Of a stretch of DNA of 64,000 nucleotides, positions 13,071 to 25,729 are shown piece after piece (within the stretch, counting starts at the first letter, position 1; every line of letters starts with the position of its first letter). The DNA is from Macrostomum lignano (Eukaryota), in assembly GCA_002269645.1 (NCBI GenBank), contig NIVC01003639.1, positions 1 through 64,000 on the forward strand, given 5' to 3'. Made by a program: the position numbers and the translations under genes. Under the pieces are notes generated by a model, which did not search any database, was not told where the DNA came from, and saw only the letters and a program-made list of their open reading frames with translations.

Positions 13071-13754
13071 CACGGTCACGGTCGCACAGTGACGCACAGT
13101 CATCAACAGCCTCATCCAGGCCAGGCGTCCCCAGCAGGCGTCAGCAATCTGGGTCAGGCAGGCCCCATCTCGCTACATCCGTCAACGCTCGCCACTTTCA
13201 GTCTCAATATTTTTGCCGATGATCCAGTTGAGAACTGGGATCTGATGAAGCAGCTCACCTGCTCTCCCCTTTCAGTATCATTTTACCTATTAATTTAGGC
13301 AGCGCTATCTCGTTAGTTTATCAATAAGGAACTCAGGGAAGGCACTTTCGAGTCTTCCTGGAGAGAGGCCGAATGCTAATTACCGGATCCGGTCGTATAT
13401 CGGCAAAGGGAAGCCTTCTTTTGAGCTGATGAAAGTAGAAATTTCGGGACGCTGCGGCTCGTGATGAAGCGCACTCATATCAGACAGTCATATCAATGCT
13501 GAGATGCATTTGTTAGTCAGCTCGTATTTATTTGTCTCAAATTTTCAGATTTATAAATTATTTATTTAAAAGCCTTTATAAAATCACGGAAAATTTGTCA
13601 TTTTGTGAAATGAGTCAGTACACTGGCGTGAGGTATTCACAAGCACATAATACTAGAAGTTAATGTTGAACCTGCAAAATATTTTTACATATTTTCACTG
13701 TGACAGCTGAAGTTTAAAGAAAAGGTACACCTAATCGAAGTGGTGCCGACAGAC

Positions 13755-14205
<451 letters not shown>

Positions 14206-14302
14206 GCCGGACAACCGATTCCCGGAATATTTACAGAGAAAAGTACACCGCGGACGCACTGTCACAGAGTGCAGCGCAGTCGCTGCCACGGTCGCAGCAG
14301 GT

Positions 14303-14923
14303 TCACCAGCAGGTGTCAAACACCTCCAGGCCCTTCATAATCTCCGGCGAGCCGCGACAGTAGCGCAGGAAGTCCTCGCAGGTCACGGCTCCCTTGCCGT
14401 CGGGGTCCATCAGCTGGAACACGTGGGCCGCGTGCTCCTGTACGCTTCGCGCTGAGTCAACCCGTCGGGCAGCCCGACTGCCCAGGAGGTCGTACACCGC
14501 GGCCAGGAACTGCCCGATCTCCTCCCGGCTCAGCGTGCCGTCCCTGTCGACGTCGTAGAGGCGGAAGATCCACGCCAGTTTGTCCTGCACGCCGCCCCTG
14601 GCCAGCTGGGACAGCCACATCACGTACTGGTGGAACGGCAGGGCCTGGCGCTTGTCAACGTCCAGCCAGTTGAAGACGATCCTGGCGAACGCAGCCGGAT
14701 TGCCGAACGGGAACAGCTGGGCGAAGATGGCGGTCACGTGCTCCTCGCGAACCACGCCGCTCGGGCAGTCCTGCTTGAAGCCGCGGTAGAGCAGGCGCAG
14801 CTCTCGCTCGGTGAACTTTGACCTCTGCGCCAGCAGTTTGATTGGCGGCGGCTTGTACCTGCCGCTCAGAGCCGTTGAGGCGTCCACGGAAGCAGTAGGC
14901 GCGTTCTGCTGCTGCCAATCCAT
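14303..14923 (-). CDS. KCNIP: Kv channel-interacting protein (KChIP)-type neuronal calcium sensor, about 206 aa, core intronless
   Basis: NCS/KChIP motifs: RYKP..L..SKFTERELRLLYRGFKQDCPSGVV, QLFPFG, DKLAWIFRLYDVDRDGTLSREE, EHAAHVFQLMD. The ATG at 14923 is the likely start; an acceptor near 14970 allows for an upstream exon. Confidence 0.9.
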   Translation of the reverse strand: MDWQQQNAPTASVDASTALSGRYKPPPIKLLAQRSKFTERELRLLYRGFKQDCPSGVVREEHVTAIFAQLFPFGNPAAFARIVFNWLDVDKRQALPFHQYVMWLSQLARGGVQDKLAWIFRLYDVDRDGTLSREEIGQFLAAVYDLLGSRAARRVDSARSVQEHAAHVFQLMDPDGKGAVTCEDFLRYCRGSPEIMKGLEVFDTCW

Positions 14924-15322
14924 CGCTTTTGCCGTCTGCTTCTTGAAGAGTTTTTCTGTTCCTGGAAACTGCAGAAACCGCGAGAAACAATGCAATGTTT
15001 AGTCGGGGAGGAGTGCCCGAGATTGGCCAGAGGATAAGGATGAGCTGATAAGCTGAAAAGGAATGTGGCTTCTATTTTTAGAAAGAATTTCTAGAATAGA
15101 GCTGGCAGATTGGCTGAAGTGTCGCCGAGAAGAGGTGCTCAAATTCTTCTTGAAGATTGCTATTGCCAACAGTCAGGGGTGTCGTACAGAAGAAATTTCT
15201 TAGTTTGAACTTCCACTTCTGGGCTCCAGTTCAGGCGATCGATGCGTTCCCAGCCAATGCAGAGTCGCTTCTGCAGTGCCTGTCAGAGACAAAGCGCTTG
15301 AGAGGGGCGGGGCGGCAGCGCT

Positions 15323-15596
<274 letters not shown>

Positions 15597-18500
15597 TGTA
15601 GTCTGATTTTCGTTCGGCATGGCTGGTTCCAGCAGGTAGTTCCTCTGGATAAAAGCGCTTACCGCGCCCATTGGCTTTCCAGCTGCCTTAATCGTTTCCG
15701 GTGATCTTGTGTGCGTGCTTTCAGCTTGATTGGCTGCGGCAAGCAAGCTCGAAAGAGCTCGCTTCGCTCGCTCTTTCTCGCTATCTACTATCTATAGCCA
15801 GGACCTGCACCGGAGCGGTTACGAAAATTAGATTTCTCGGTAGTTGCACGTACTCTTTTGCACTACTTGTGTAGTCTGATTTTCGTTCGGCATGGCTGGT
15901 TCCAGCAGGTAGTTCCTCTGGATAAAAGCGCTTACCGCGCCCATTGGCTTTCCAGCTGCCTTAATCGTTTCCGGTGATCTTGTGTGCGTGCTTTCAGCTT
16001 GATTGGCTGCGGCAAGCAAGCTCGAAAGAGCTCGCTTCGCTCGCTCTTTCTCGCTATCTACTATCTATAGCCAGGACCTGCACCGGAGCGGTTACGAAAA
16101 TTAGATTTCTCGGTAGTTGCACGTACTCTTTTGCACTACTTGAGTAGTCTGATTTTCGTTCGGCATGGCTGGTTCCAGCAGGTAGTTCCTCTGGATAAAA
16201 GCGCTTACCGCGCCCATTGGCTTTCCAGCTGCCTTAATCGTTTCCGGTGATCTTGTGTGCGTGCTTTCAGCTTGATTGGCTGCGGCAAGCAAGCTCGAAA
16301 GAGCTCGCTTCGCTCGCTCTTTCTCGCTATCTACTATCTATAGCCAGGACCTGCACCGGAGCGGTTACGAAAATTAGATTTCTCGGTAGTTGCACGTACT
16401 CTTTTGCACTACTTGAGTAGTCTGATTTTCGTTCGGCATGGCTGGTTCCAGCAGGTAGTTCCTCTGGATAAAAGCGCTTACCGCGCCCATTGGCTTTCCA
16501 GCTGCCTTAATCGTTTCCGGTGATCTTGTGTGCGTGCTTTCAGCTTGATTGGCTGCGGCAAGCAAGCTCGAAAGAGCTCGCTTCGCTCGCTCTTTCTCGC
16601 TATCTACTATCTATAGCCAGGACCTGCACCGGAGCGGTTACGAAAATTAGATTTCTCGGTAGTTGCACGTACTCTTTTGCACTACTTGAGTAGTCTGATT
16701 TTCGTTCGGCATGGCTGGTTCCAGCAGGTAGTTCCTCTGGATAAAAGCGCTTACCGCGCCCATTGGCTTTCCAGCTGCCTTAATCGTTTCCGGTGATCTT
16801 GTGTGCGTGCTTTCAGCTTGATTGGCTGCGGCAAGCAAGCTCGAAAGAGCTCGCTTCGCTCGCCCTTTCTCGCTATCTACTATCTATAGCCAGGACCTGC
16901 ACCGGAGCGGTTACGAAAATTAGATTTCTCGGTAGTTGCACGTACTCTTTTGCACTACTTGAGTAGTCTGATTTTCGTTCGGCATGGCTGGTTCCAGCAG
17001 GTAGTTCCTCTGGATAAAAGCGCTTACCGCGCCCATTGGCTTTCCAGCTGCCTTAATCGTTTCCGGTGATCTTGTGTGCGTGCTTTCAGCTTGATTGGCT
17101 GCGGCAAGCAAGCTCGAAAGAGCTCGCTTCGCTCGCTCTTTCTCGCTATCTACTATCTATAGCCAGGACCTGCACCGGAGCGGTTACGAAAATTAGATTT
17201 CTCGGTAGTTGCACGTACTCTTTTGCACTACTTGAGTAGTCTGATTTTCGTTCGGCATGGCTGGTTCCAGCAGGTAGTTCCTCTGGATAAAAGCGCTTAC
17301 CGCGCCCATTGGCTTTCCAGCTGCCTTAATCGTTTCCGGTGATCTGGTGTGCGTGCTTTCAGCTTGATTGGCTGCGGCAAGCAAGCTCGAAAGAGCTCGC
17401 TTCGCTCGCTCTTTCTCGCTATCTACTATCTATAGCCAGGACCTGCACCGGAGCGGTTACGAAAATTAGATTTCTCGGTAGTTGCACGTACTCTTTTGCA
17501 CTACTTGAGTAGTCTGATTTTCGTTCGGCATGGCTGGTTCCAGCAGGTAGTTCCTCTGGATAAAAGCGCTTACCGCGCCCATTGGCTTTCCAGCTGCCTT
17601 AATCGTTTCCGGTGATCTTGTGTGCGTGCTTTCAGCTTGATTGGCTGCGGCAAGCAAGCTCGAAAGAGCTCGCTTCGCTCGCTCTTTCTCGCTATCTACT
17701 ATCTATAGCCAGGACCTGCACCGGAGCGGTTACGAAAATTAGATTTCTCGGTAGTTGCACGTACTCTTTTGCACTACTTGAGTAGTCTGATTTTCGTTCG
17801 GCATGGCTGGTTCCAGCAGGTAGTTCCTCTGGATAAAAGCGCTTACCGCGCCCATTGGCTTTCCAGCTGCCTTAATCGTTTCCGGTGATCTTGTGTGCGT
17901 GCTTTCAGCTTGATTGGCTGCGGCAAGCAAGCTCGAAAGAGCTCGCTTCGCTCGCTCTTTCTCGCTATCTACTATCTATAGCCAGGACCTGCACCGGAGC
18001 GGTTACGAAAATTAGATTTCTCGGTAGTTGCACGTACTCTTTTGCACTACTTGAGTAGTCTGATTTTCGTTCGGCATGGCTGGTTCCAGCAGGTAGTTCC
18101 TCTGGATAAAAGCGCTTACCGCGCCCATTGGCTTTCCAGCTGCCTTAATCGTTTCCGGTGATCTTGTGTGCGTGCTTTCAGCTTGATTGGCTGCGGCAAG
18201 CAAGCTCGAAAGAGCTCGCTTCGCTCGCTCTTTCTCGCTATCTACTATCTATAGCCAGGACCTGCACCGGAGCGGTTACGAAAATTAGATTTCTCGGTAG
18301 TTGCACGTACTCTTTTGCACTACTTGAGTAGTCTGATTTTCGTTCGGCATGGCTGGTTCCAGCAGGTAGTTCCTCTGGATAAAAGCGCTTACCGCGCCCA
18401 TTGGCTTTCCAGCTGCCTTAATCGTTTCCGGTGATCTTGTGTGCGTGCTTTCAGCTTGATTGGCTGCGGCAAGCAAGCTCGAAAGAGCTCGCTTCGCTCG

Positions 18501-19882
18501 CTCTTTCTCGCTATCTACTATCTATAGCCAGGACCTGCACCGGAGCGGTTACGAAAATTAGATTTCTCGGTAGTTGCACGTACTCTTTTGCACTACTTGA
18601 GTAGTCTGATTTTCGTTCGGCATGGCTGGTTCCAGCAGGTAGTTCCTCTGGATAAAAGCGCTTACCGCGCCCATTGGCTTTCCAGCTGCCTTAATCGTTT
18701 CCGGTGATCTTGTGTGCGTGCTTTCAGCTTGATTGGCTGCGGCAAGCAAGCTCGAAAGAGCTCGCTTCGCTCGCTCTTTCTCGCTATCTACTATCTATAG
18801 CCAGGACCTGCACCGGAGCGGTTACGAAAATTAGATTTCTCGGTAGTTGCACGTACTCTTTTGCACTACTTGAGTAGTCTGATTTTCGTTCGGCATGGCT
18901 GGTTCCAGCAGGTAGTTCCTCTGGATAAAAGCGCTTACCGCGCCCATTGGCTTTCCAGCTGCCTTAATCGTTTCCGGTGATCTTGTGTGCGTGCTTTCAG
19001 CTTGATTGGCTGCGGCAAGCAAGCTCGAAAGAGCTCGCTTCGCTCGCTCTTTCTCGCTATCTACTATCTATAGCCAGGACCTGCACCGGAGCGGTTACGA
19101 AAATTAGATTTCTCGGTAGTTGCACGTACTCTTTTGCACTACTTGAGTAGTCTGATTTTCGTTCGGCATGGCTGGTTCCAGCAGGTAGTTCCTCTGGATA
19201 AAAGCGCTTACCGCGCCCATTGGCTTTCCAGCTGCCTTAATCGTTTCCGGTGATCTTGTGTGCGTGCTTTCAGCTTGATTGGCTGCGGCAAGCAAGCTCG
19301 AAAGAGCTCGCTTCGCTCGCTCTTTCTCGCTATCTACTATCTATAGCCAGGACCTGCACCGGAGCGGTTACGAAAATTAGATTTCTCGGTAGTTGCACGT
19401 ACTCTTTTGCACTACTTGAGTAGTCTGATTTTCGTTCGGCATGGCTGGTTCCAGCAGGTAGTTCCTCTGGATAAAAGCGCTTACCGCGCCCATTGGCTTT
19501 CCAGCTGCCTTAATCGTTTCCGGTGATCTTGTGTGCGTGCTTTCAGCTTGATTGGCTGCGGCAAGCAAGCTCGAAAGAGCTCGCTTCGCTCGCTCTTTCT
19601 CGCTATCTACTATCTATAGCCAGGACCTGCACCGGAGCGGTTACGAAAATTAGATTTCTCGGTAGTTGCACGTACTCTTTTGCACTACTTGAGTAGTCTG
19701 ATTTTCGTTCGGCATGGCTGGTTCCAGCAGGTAGTTCCTCTGGATAAAAGCGCTTACCGCGCCCATTGGCTTTCCAGCTGCCTTAATCGTTTCCGGTGAT
19801 CTTGTGTGCGTGCTTTCAGCTTGATTGGCTGCGGCAAGCAAGCTCGAAAGAGCTCGCTTCGCTCGCTCTTTCTCGCTATCTA

Positions 19883-19885
<3 letters not shown>
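15597..19885. repeat. 273-bp tandem array: 16 copies of a ~200-bp block Y alternating with 15 copies of a ~73-bp block Z, nearly identical
   Basis: The ORF track repeats at an exact 273-bp pitch from 15746 to 19841. I noticed only three substitutions (15870, 16864, 17346). Confidence 0.98.
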
Positions 19886-19963
<78 letters not shown>

Positions 19964-20047
19964 CAGTTACGAATGTGAACTCCACGCGGTGTCACTAACC
20001 AGACCGGTAATTGTTATTCTGTCACTCTCTGGCCGACTGCAGCTTAC
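19876..20047 (+). repeat. Right flank of the 273-bp array: (ATCT)n plus second copy of block X
   Basis: Direct repeat of the left flank. Confidence 0.95.
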
Positions 20048-20439
20048 GCAGTGAAGTTATTTAGCACTAGCAAGAACGGGAGGAGGAACTGGTAGTGGCT
20101 CTTGTCTGCCGCATTGATTATTGAAGCTGCGCAAGCGACAGGGGCAAATGGGAGCGAGGAGAGGCACTTATGGTAATCACTTCGACTCCCAAAAGCCAAA
20201 TTTTCACCACCAAGTCTCAGCGCTGCATCACTTATCTATAACTTTCCTTCTCTCAGTCCGTAGTAAAAATCTGGAGTAGGAAAAGTTCGAACAAGGTCAA
20301 TGCTTTAATGCTCTCAGGCCTGGGGTCAGCACTGCCTCCCAGGGAGCTTACCTATAACGCAGTTCTCTGATTATCAGGAATGATGGAATATAATTTAGAA
20401 TTGGTCTAAATTGTAATACATATATATAAAATAGATTGC

Positions 20440-20612
20440 TAATCTGCCCAACATCACTGATGAAGGAATAGAATGGATTGCTAATCTAGCTAACATCACC
20501 TTTGGTGAAGGAATAGAATGGATTGCTAATCTAGCTAACATCACCTTTGGTGAAGGAATAGAATGGGTTGCTAATCTAGCTAACATCACCTTTGGTGAAG
20601 GAATAGAATGGA
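20440..20612. repeat. 45-bp repeat (GATTGCTAATCTAGCTAACATCACCTTTGGTGAAGGAATAGAATG)n, about 4 copies; second cluster at 25082-25322
   Basis: Identical peptides HSIPSPKVMLARLAI appear in the ORFs at 20395 and 25080. Confidence 0.93.
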
Positions 20613-20614
20613 CT

Positions 20615-23600
20615 AGCCAATTCCAACCCCCGTTGGGGCTTTCCGTCAGAACTCCTACCAAAGTTTTCCCACGCAAAAGAAATTCACCCAACTGAACCCC
20701 CCCCCATCCAAAGAATCTCTAATCCATAAAGTCCCTGATGCAAATAATCTCACGTGCAAAAAACCCTCATCCAAAGAATCCCATACAAAGAACCCCCCAT
20801 CGACAGAATCCCCGATCCGAAGAATTCCCCATTCAAGGAATCCTCTATCTGTAGAATTCCCTATTTAATGAATCGCCCATCCATAGAATCTCACATGCAA
20901 AGAATACCAATCCTTCCCGTCCCATCCCCATCCCATCCCATTGATAGAATCCCCGATCCGAAGAATTCCCCATTCAAGAAATCCTCCCATCTGAAGAATT
21001 CCCCGTCCAATGAATCCCTTATTCAAGAAATCCCTCATCCACAGAAACCCTCTATCCAAAGAATCCCCCCACCCATCCCTATCCAAAGAATCCCCCCACC
21101 CATCCCTATCCAAAGAATCGCCCATCCATCCCTATCTAAACAATCCCCCATCCATCCCTATCCCAAGAATCCTCCTATTCATCCCTATCCAAAGAATTTC
21201 CCCATCCATTCCTATCTAAATAATCACCTTAACCATCCATATCCAAAAAATTCCTTCTCCAAAAAATCCCCCTCTAAATAATTCACATCCTTAAATAATC
21301 CCCCATCAAAAGCATAATTGGCCAAAGAATCCAGAATCCCCTCATCTAAAGAACCCCCGTTCAAATAACCCCCATCTAAAGAATCATTCATCTAAAGAAT
21401 CCCCCATTCAAAAAACCCTCAATCGAAACAATGCCCCACCAAAGAAATTGCCCAATGAATCACCTATTCAAATTTATCCATTAGAAGCATCCCTCATCCA
21501 AAGAATCATCAATCCATAGAATTCCCCCAAGACTTAACATCTCAGCAATTTCCCCAAGCCTCGACACCTCAGAAATTTTCCCCAAGCATTGACATCTAAG
21601 CAATTCCGGCGCAAGCCTTGACATGTTACCAATTTCTCCCCGTCCAAAGCCTTGACATCTCAGTAATTCCCCTCCCCAAGCCTTGATATCTCAGTAATTC
21701 TCCCAGTAAGCCTTCATATCTCAGTAATTCCTCCAGTAAGTCTTGACATCTTAGCGATTCCCCTCCCCGAGACTTAAGACCTCAGCAATTCCTTTTTAAG
21801 CCTTCACACCTCAGCAATTCCCCCCACAAGCCTTGGCATCTCAGCAAGTCCCACTTAAGCCTTCACATGTCATTAATTCCCCAAGGTAAGATTTTATACA
21901 TGTATCTCAATAATTCCCCTTGTAAATCTTGACATCTTAAAATTCTCTTCCGAGCAAGCATACCCCAAGAGCAAGCGTCCTTCCGATAGCAAGCAACCCC
22001 TGATAGAAAGTACCCCCAGCAAGATTAATGAAGCAATTTCCTCAGCTAGCCAATTCCAACTCCCGTTGAGGCTTTCCGTCCAAACTCCAGCCACAGTTTC
22101 CCACGCAATAAAATTTCACCCAACTGAATCTCCCATACAAATAATCCCTCATCCAAAGAATACACCACCCATAAAATCCACGATGCAAAGAATCTCACAT
22201 GCAAAGAATCCGCCATCCAAAAAACCTCCCATCGATAGAATCACCGATCCGAAGAATTCCCCATTCAAGGAATTCTCCTATCTGAAGAATTGCCCATCCA
22301 TAGAATCTTACATGCAGAGAATCCCCATCCAAAGAACCCCCATCGATAGAATCCCCGATCCGAAGAATCCCCCTATCCATCCCTATCCAAAAAATCCTCG
22401 ACCTCCATCCATATCAAAAAATCTCCCATCCAAAGAACCCCTATCAATAGAATCCCGGATCCAAAGAATTCCCCATTCAAGGAATTCTCCTATCTGAAGA
22501 ATTTCCCATCCAATGCATTGCCCATCCATAACATCTCACATGCAAAGAATCCCCTTCAAAAGAATCCCTATTAAAAGAGTCCCTCATTCACAGAGTCCCC
22601 ATCGAAAGAATCCCCCACCCATCCATATCCAAAGAATCCCCCACCCATCCATATCCAAAGAATCCCCCACCCATCCATATCCAAAGAATCCCCCACCCAT
22701 CCATATCCAAAGAATCCTCCCACCCATCCATATCCAAAGAATCCCCCACCCATCCATATCCAAAGAATCCCCCACCCATCCATATCCAAAGAATCCCCCA
22801 CCCATCCATATCCAAAGAATCCTCCCACCCATCCATATCCAAAGAATCCCCCACCCATCCATATCCAAAGAATCCCCCACCCATCCATATCCAAAGAATC
22901 CCCCACCCATCCATATCCAAAGAATCCCCCACCCATCCATATCCAAAGAATCCCCCACCCATCCATATCCAAAGAAACCCCCCACCCATCCATATCCAAA
23001 GAATCCCCCATCCATCCCTATCGAAAAAATGCCCCTATTTATCCCTATCCAAAGAATCCTCCTATCCATCCCCATCCATTCCTAACTAAAGAATCTCCCT
23101 CCAAAAAATCCCCATGCAAATAATCCACGTCCAAATAATCCCCATCCACAGAATCTCCATCCACATTATCCATTGATTCTCCCATCAAAAGAATAATTGG
23201 CCAAATAATACCCTCATCTAAAAAAACCCGTTCAAAAAACTTTACGTCCAAATAATCCCCATCAACAGAATCCCCCATTCAAGGAATCCAAAGAAACTCC
23301 CATCCAAATAATCCGCCCATGAATAGAATTCTTGGCCAAAGAATCCCCTCATCTCCTCGAGATATCCATTAGAAGCATCTCTCGTTCAAAGATTCCCCGA
23401 TCCATAGAATTCCTCCCCAAGACTTAACATCTCAGCAATTCCCACCAAGCCCTGACACCTCAGAAATTCCCTCCAAGCCTTGACATCTCAGCAATTCACT
23501 CTTAAGCCTTGGCATCTCAGTAATTCTCTCAGTAAGCCCTTATATCTCAGTAATTCCCCAGTAAGTCTTGACATCTCAGCAATTCCCCTCACGTCTTGAT

Positions 23601-23640
23601 ATCTCAGCAATTCCCTCTTAGCCTTGGCATCTCAGTTTAA
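20615..23640. repeat. Diverged tandem duplication of a ~1.43-kb C/A-rich low-complexity unit, with a nested ~27-bp array at 22610-23000
   Basis: CTAGCCAATTCCAAC.CCCGTTG.GGCTTTCCGTC..AACTCC starts both copies (~20613 and ~22046), and both end in GACATCTCAGCAATTCCC repeats. Confidence 0.85.
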
Positions 23641-24379
23641 TAATTTTTTTTTGAATATAATACTCGTAGCTTCTCTTCTACCTGATTTACCTGACGTTTT
23701 TTTAGTTTTCTTTCGCTAAAAAGTTTAAAATTAATTTTTTTTAATAAAATACTTCTACAATTTAAAAATTCGAACCCACGTCGCTGCATTAGCAGGTCAG
23801 TCTGTTTACCTCTAGGCTATCTCTCAATGCTTTGATAACATAAATTGTAGCACTTACATAATTCAACACTTTCAAAACTCCACGCACAGAGTAAATCACA
23901 GGAAGCAGTTATGACATAATTTCTCAGCCAGTCTGTATCAGTTTCAAATAAAGTCACCAATATGGTTACGCAATCTAAATCTAAATTCAATGGCGCTGGC
24001 TTGAATTGTGGAATTGCGATAAAGTAGGGGTTTGCAATATTGGAGAGCGTACAATGAGTATATAAAGTAAAATTCAAAGGAATCTTCTTTTTAATGCTGT
24101 GCTTTTAATTTTTCGAATCTAAGCAAAGAAATTATTCCCGAACTCAGCGTTTCAAGCTCTTTCTAGCAATACAAGGCTCTCTTCTGAAAGTAAAAAACTC
24201 GAAGCACAAACAATGATTGAACATTCCTGCTTTAAAGCATTCAAATTCATAAGGCGTACATTCAGCGCCAGCTACAGTGAGAGGCCTGCAAGTTGATGCA
24301 TTGAAATTAACAACCAAGCCAGCCCATGAATAATTGAATAGCGACACCCGCCCCTCAATTAAAATGTGTTGCGCAACCT

Positions 24380-25085
24380 TTCAACGCTTGTAGCTCTCCA
24401 CGCGAGTGTGGAGAACCAATGCTATAGTTGGCACTGAGTTATGATGCAATACAATTCCATCGGCCGGCAGACTTCTTCTCAATCGGAAATAACTGTTTGA
24501 ACTTTAAAAAACAGGGAGAAAATTGAGTTTTTCGAATATTTAAGCCCGAAAAAATGAAGCAATTTCTTAGCAAAATTTTGTGTACCTGCGCACCATCAAT
24601 ACGCATCGAATGCAGAAAACCCCACGAAATTCCGACCATGTAGAGTGAAGTTAAGCGAAGGTTCCTATAGGTACATAGTTTTGATTTTTAGTATATTGGA
24701 AGCATCCAGAATTTTTATTATACCCCCCCCCCTTAATTGGTTACGCAAGTTAAATAGAGTAATTATCTGGGCAGTGGGGCAAAGTGAATTTTCTTATCAG
24801 TTGGCTCTGGCGCAATCATTAAAATTGGCTGTGAAGTTTCTCGCTGCGCGCAGGCTGATAAAAAAATACACTAAAAAGGCCATTTAAAATAGTTTTTCGA
24901 ATATTTAATCCCCTTAGCATTGAGCTAGAGCTTAATAAAATTACGTGTACCGTCCCGGGCACATTTGACATCTTTTGGCGAAGAAACGGAGAAAATCGGT
25001 TGAGCCTTTTGGGAGATAACCTGTTACATACCCACAGACAGACAGGGCCGGTGGAGGGGGGGTTGCTACTTTAGATATATTAGAT
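24380..25085. mobile_element. Helitron/Helentron-like non-autonomous fragments
   Basis: Palindrome TCTCCAC-GCGAGT-GTGGAGA at ~24395-24414 followed by GCTATAG. The segment AAAATCGGTTGAGCC..ACAGACAGAC..CTTTAGATATATTAGA at ~24990-25084 gives a minus-strand TC-start terminus. These resemble invertebrate Helitron-derived MITEs from memory only. Confidence 0.4.
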
Positions 25086-25322
25086 TGCTAATCTGCCCAA
25101 CATCACTGATGAAGGAATAGAATGGATTGCTAATCTAGCTAACATCACCTTTGGTGAAGGAATAGAATGGATTGCTAATCTAGCTAACATTACCTTTGGT
25201 GAAGGAATAGAATGGATTGCTAATCTTGCTAACATCACCTTTGGTGAAGGAATAGAATGGATTGCTAATCTTGCTAACATCACCTTTGGTGAAGGAATAC
25301 AATGAATTGCTAATCTAGCTAA
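25082..25322. repeat. Second cluster of the 45-bp repeat, about 5 copies
   Basis: See 20440-20612. Confidence 0.93.
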
Positions 25323-25729
25323 GTAGGCATGAAGCAAAATTTTTTATTATGAAAGCGTAACAAACTGTCTTCAACTATCGGTTTCAATTCAACAGTATTA
25401 GCGTCGCTTGGCATTATACACTACTTTCCAAGTAGTTGTTTCAGACCGTTCCAGTAAATTAATATCGAAAACAGAGGCGAATCGGCCCAGTCCAGCGCAA
25501 GTGAGTAAAGTGACATTTTTATTGAAAAATTTCAAGTTTCGGAAGATACCTGCTCATGGCTTACAGTAGGTTTATACTGCAGACAAGTTTGAAAACGCAC
25601 CAGCGTGCAAAGAGAAGGAAAATGATGTAATAATGCTTTTATGTTCTACAGAATAGCAAGCATTATTGTTTGGTTTATTAGTAATTTAGACAGTGATTTC
25701 GAGTCCAAGTCTGTTTCGATGGCCAGATG

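Noticed and set aside
15744-15759. Histone mRNA stem-loop-like GAGCTC-TTTC-GAGCTT on the minus strand of each 273-bp unit
   Set aside because: The 6+4+6 geometry and UUUC loop match, but it lacks the required GG/CC base and the U-A top pair, and no histone ORF is nearby.
15597-19885. 5S rRNA, SL RNA, snRNA or tRNA tandem cluster
   Set aside because: I found no recognisable 5S, Sm-site/SL or cloverleaf sequence in the unit; an Infernal scan would be the decisive test.
24144-24347. LDL-receptor class A-like CTPYEFEC peptide
   Set aside because: It lacks the DCxDxSDE half and has no supporting neighbouring exons.
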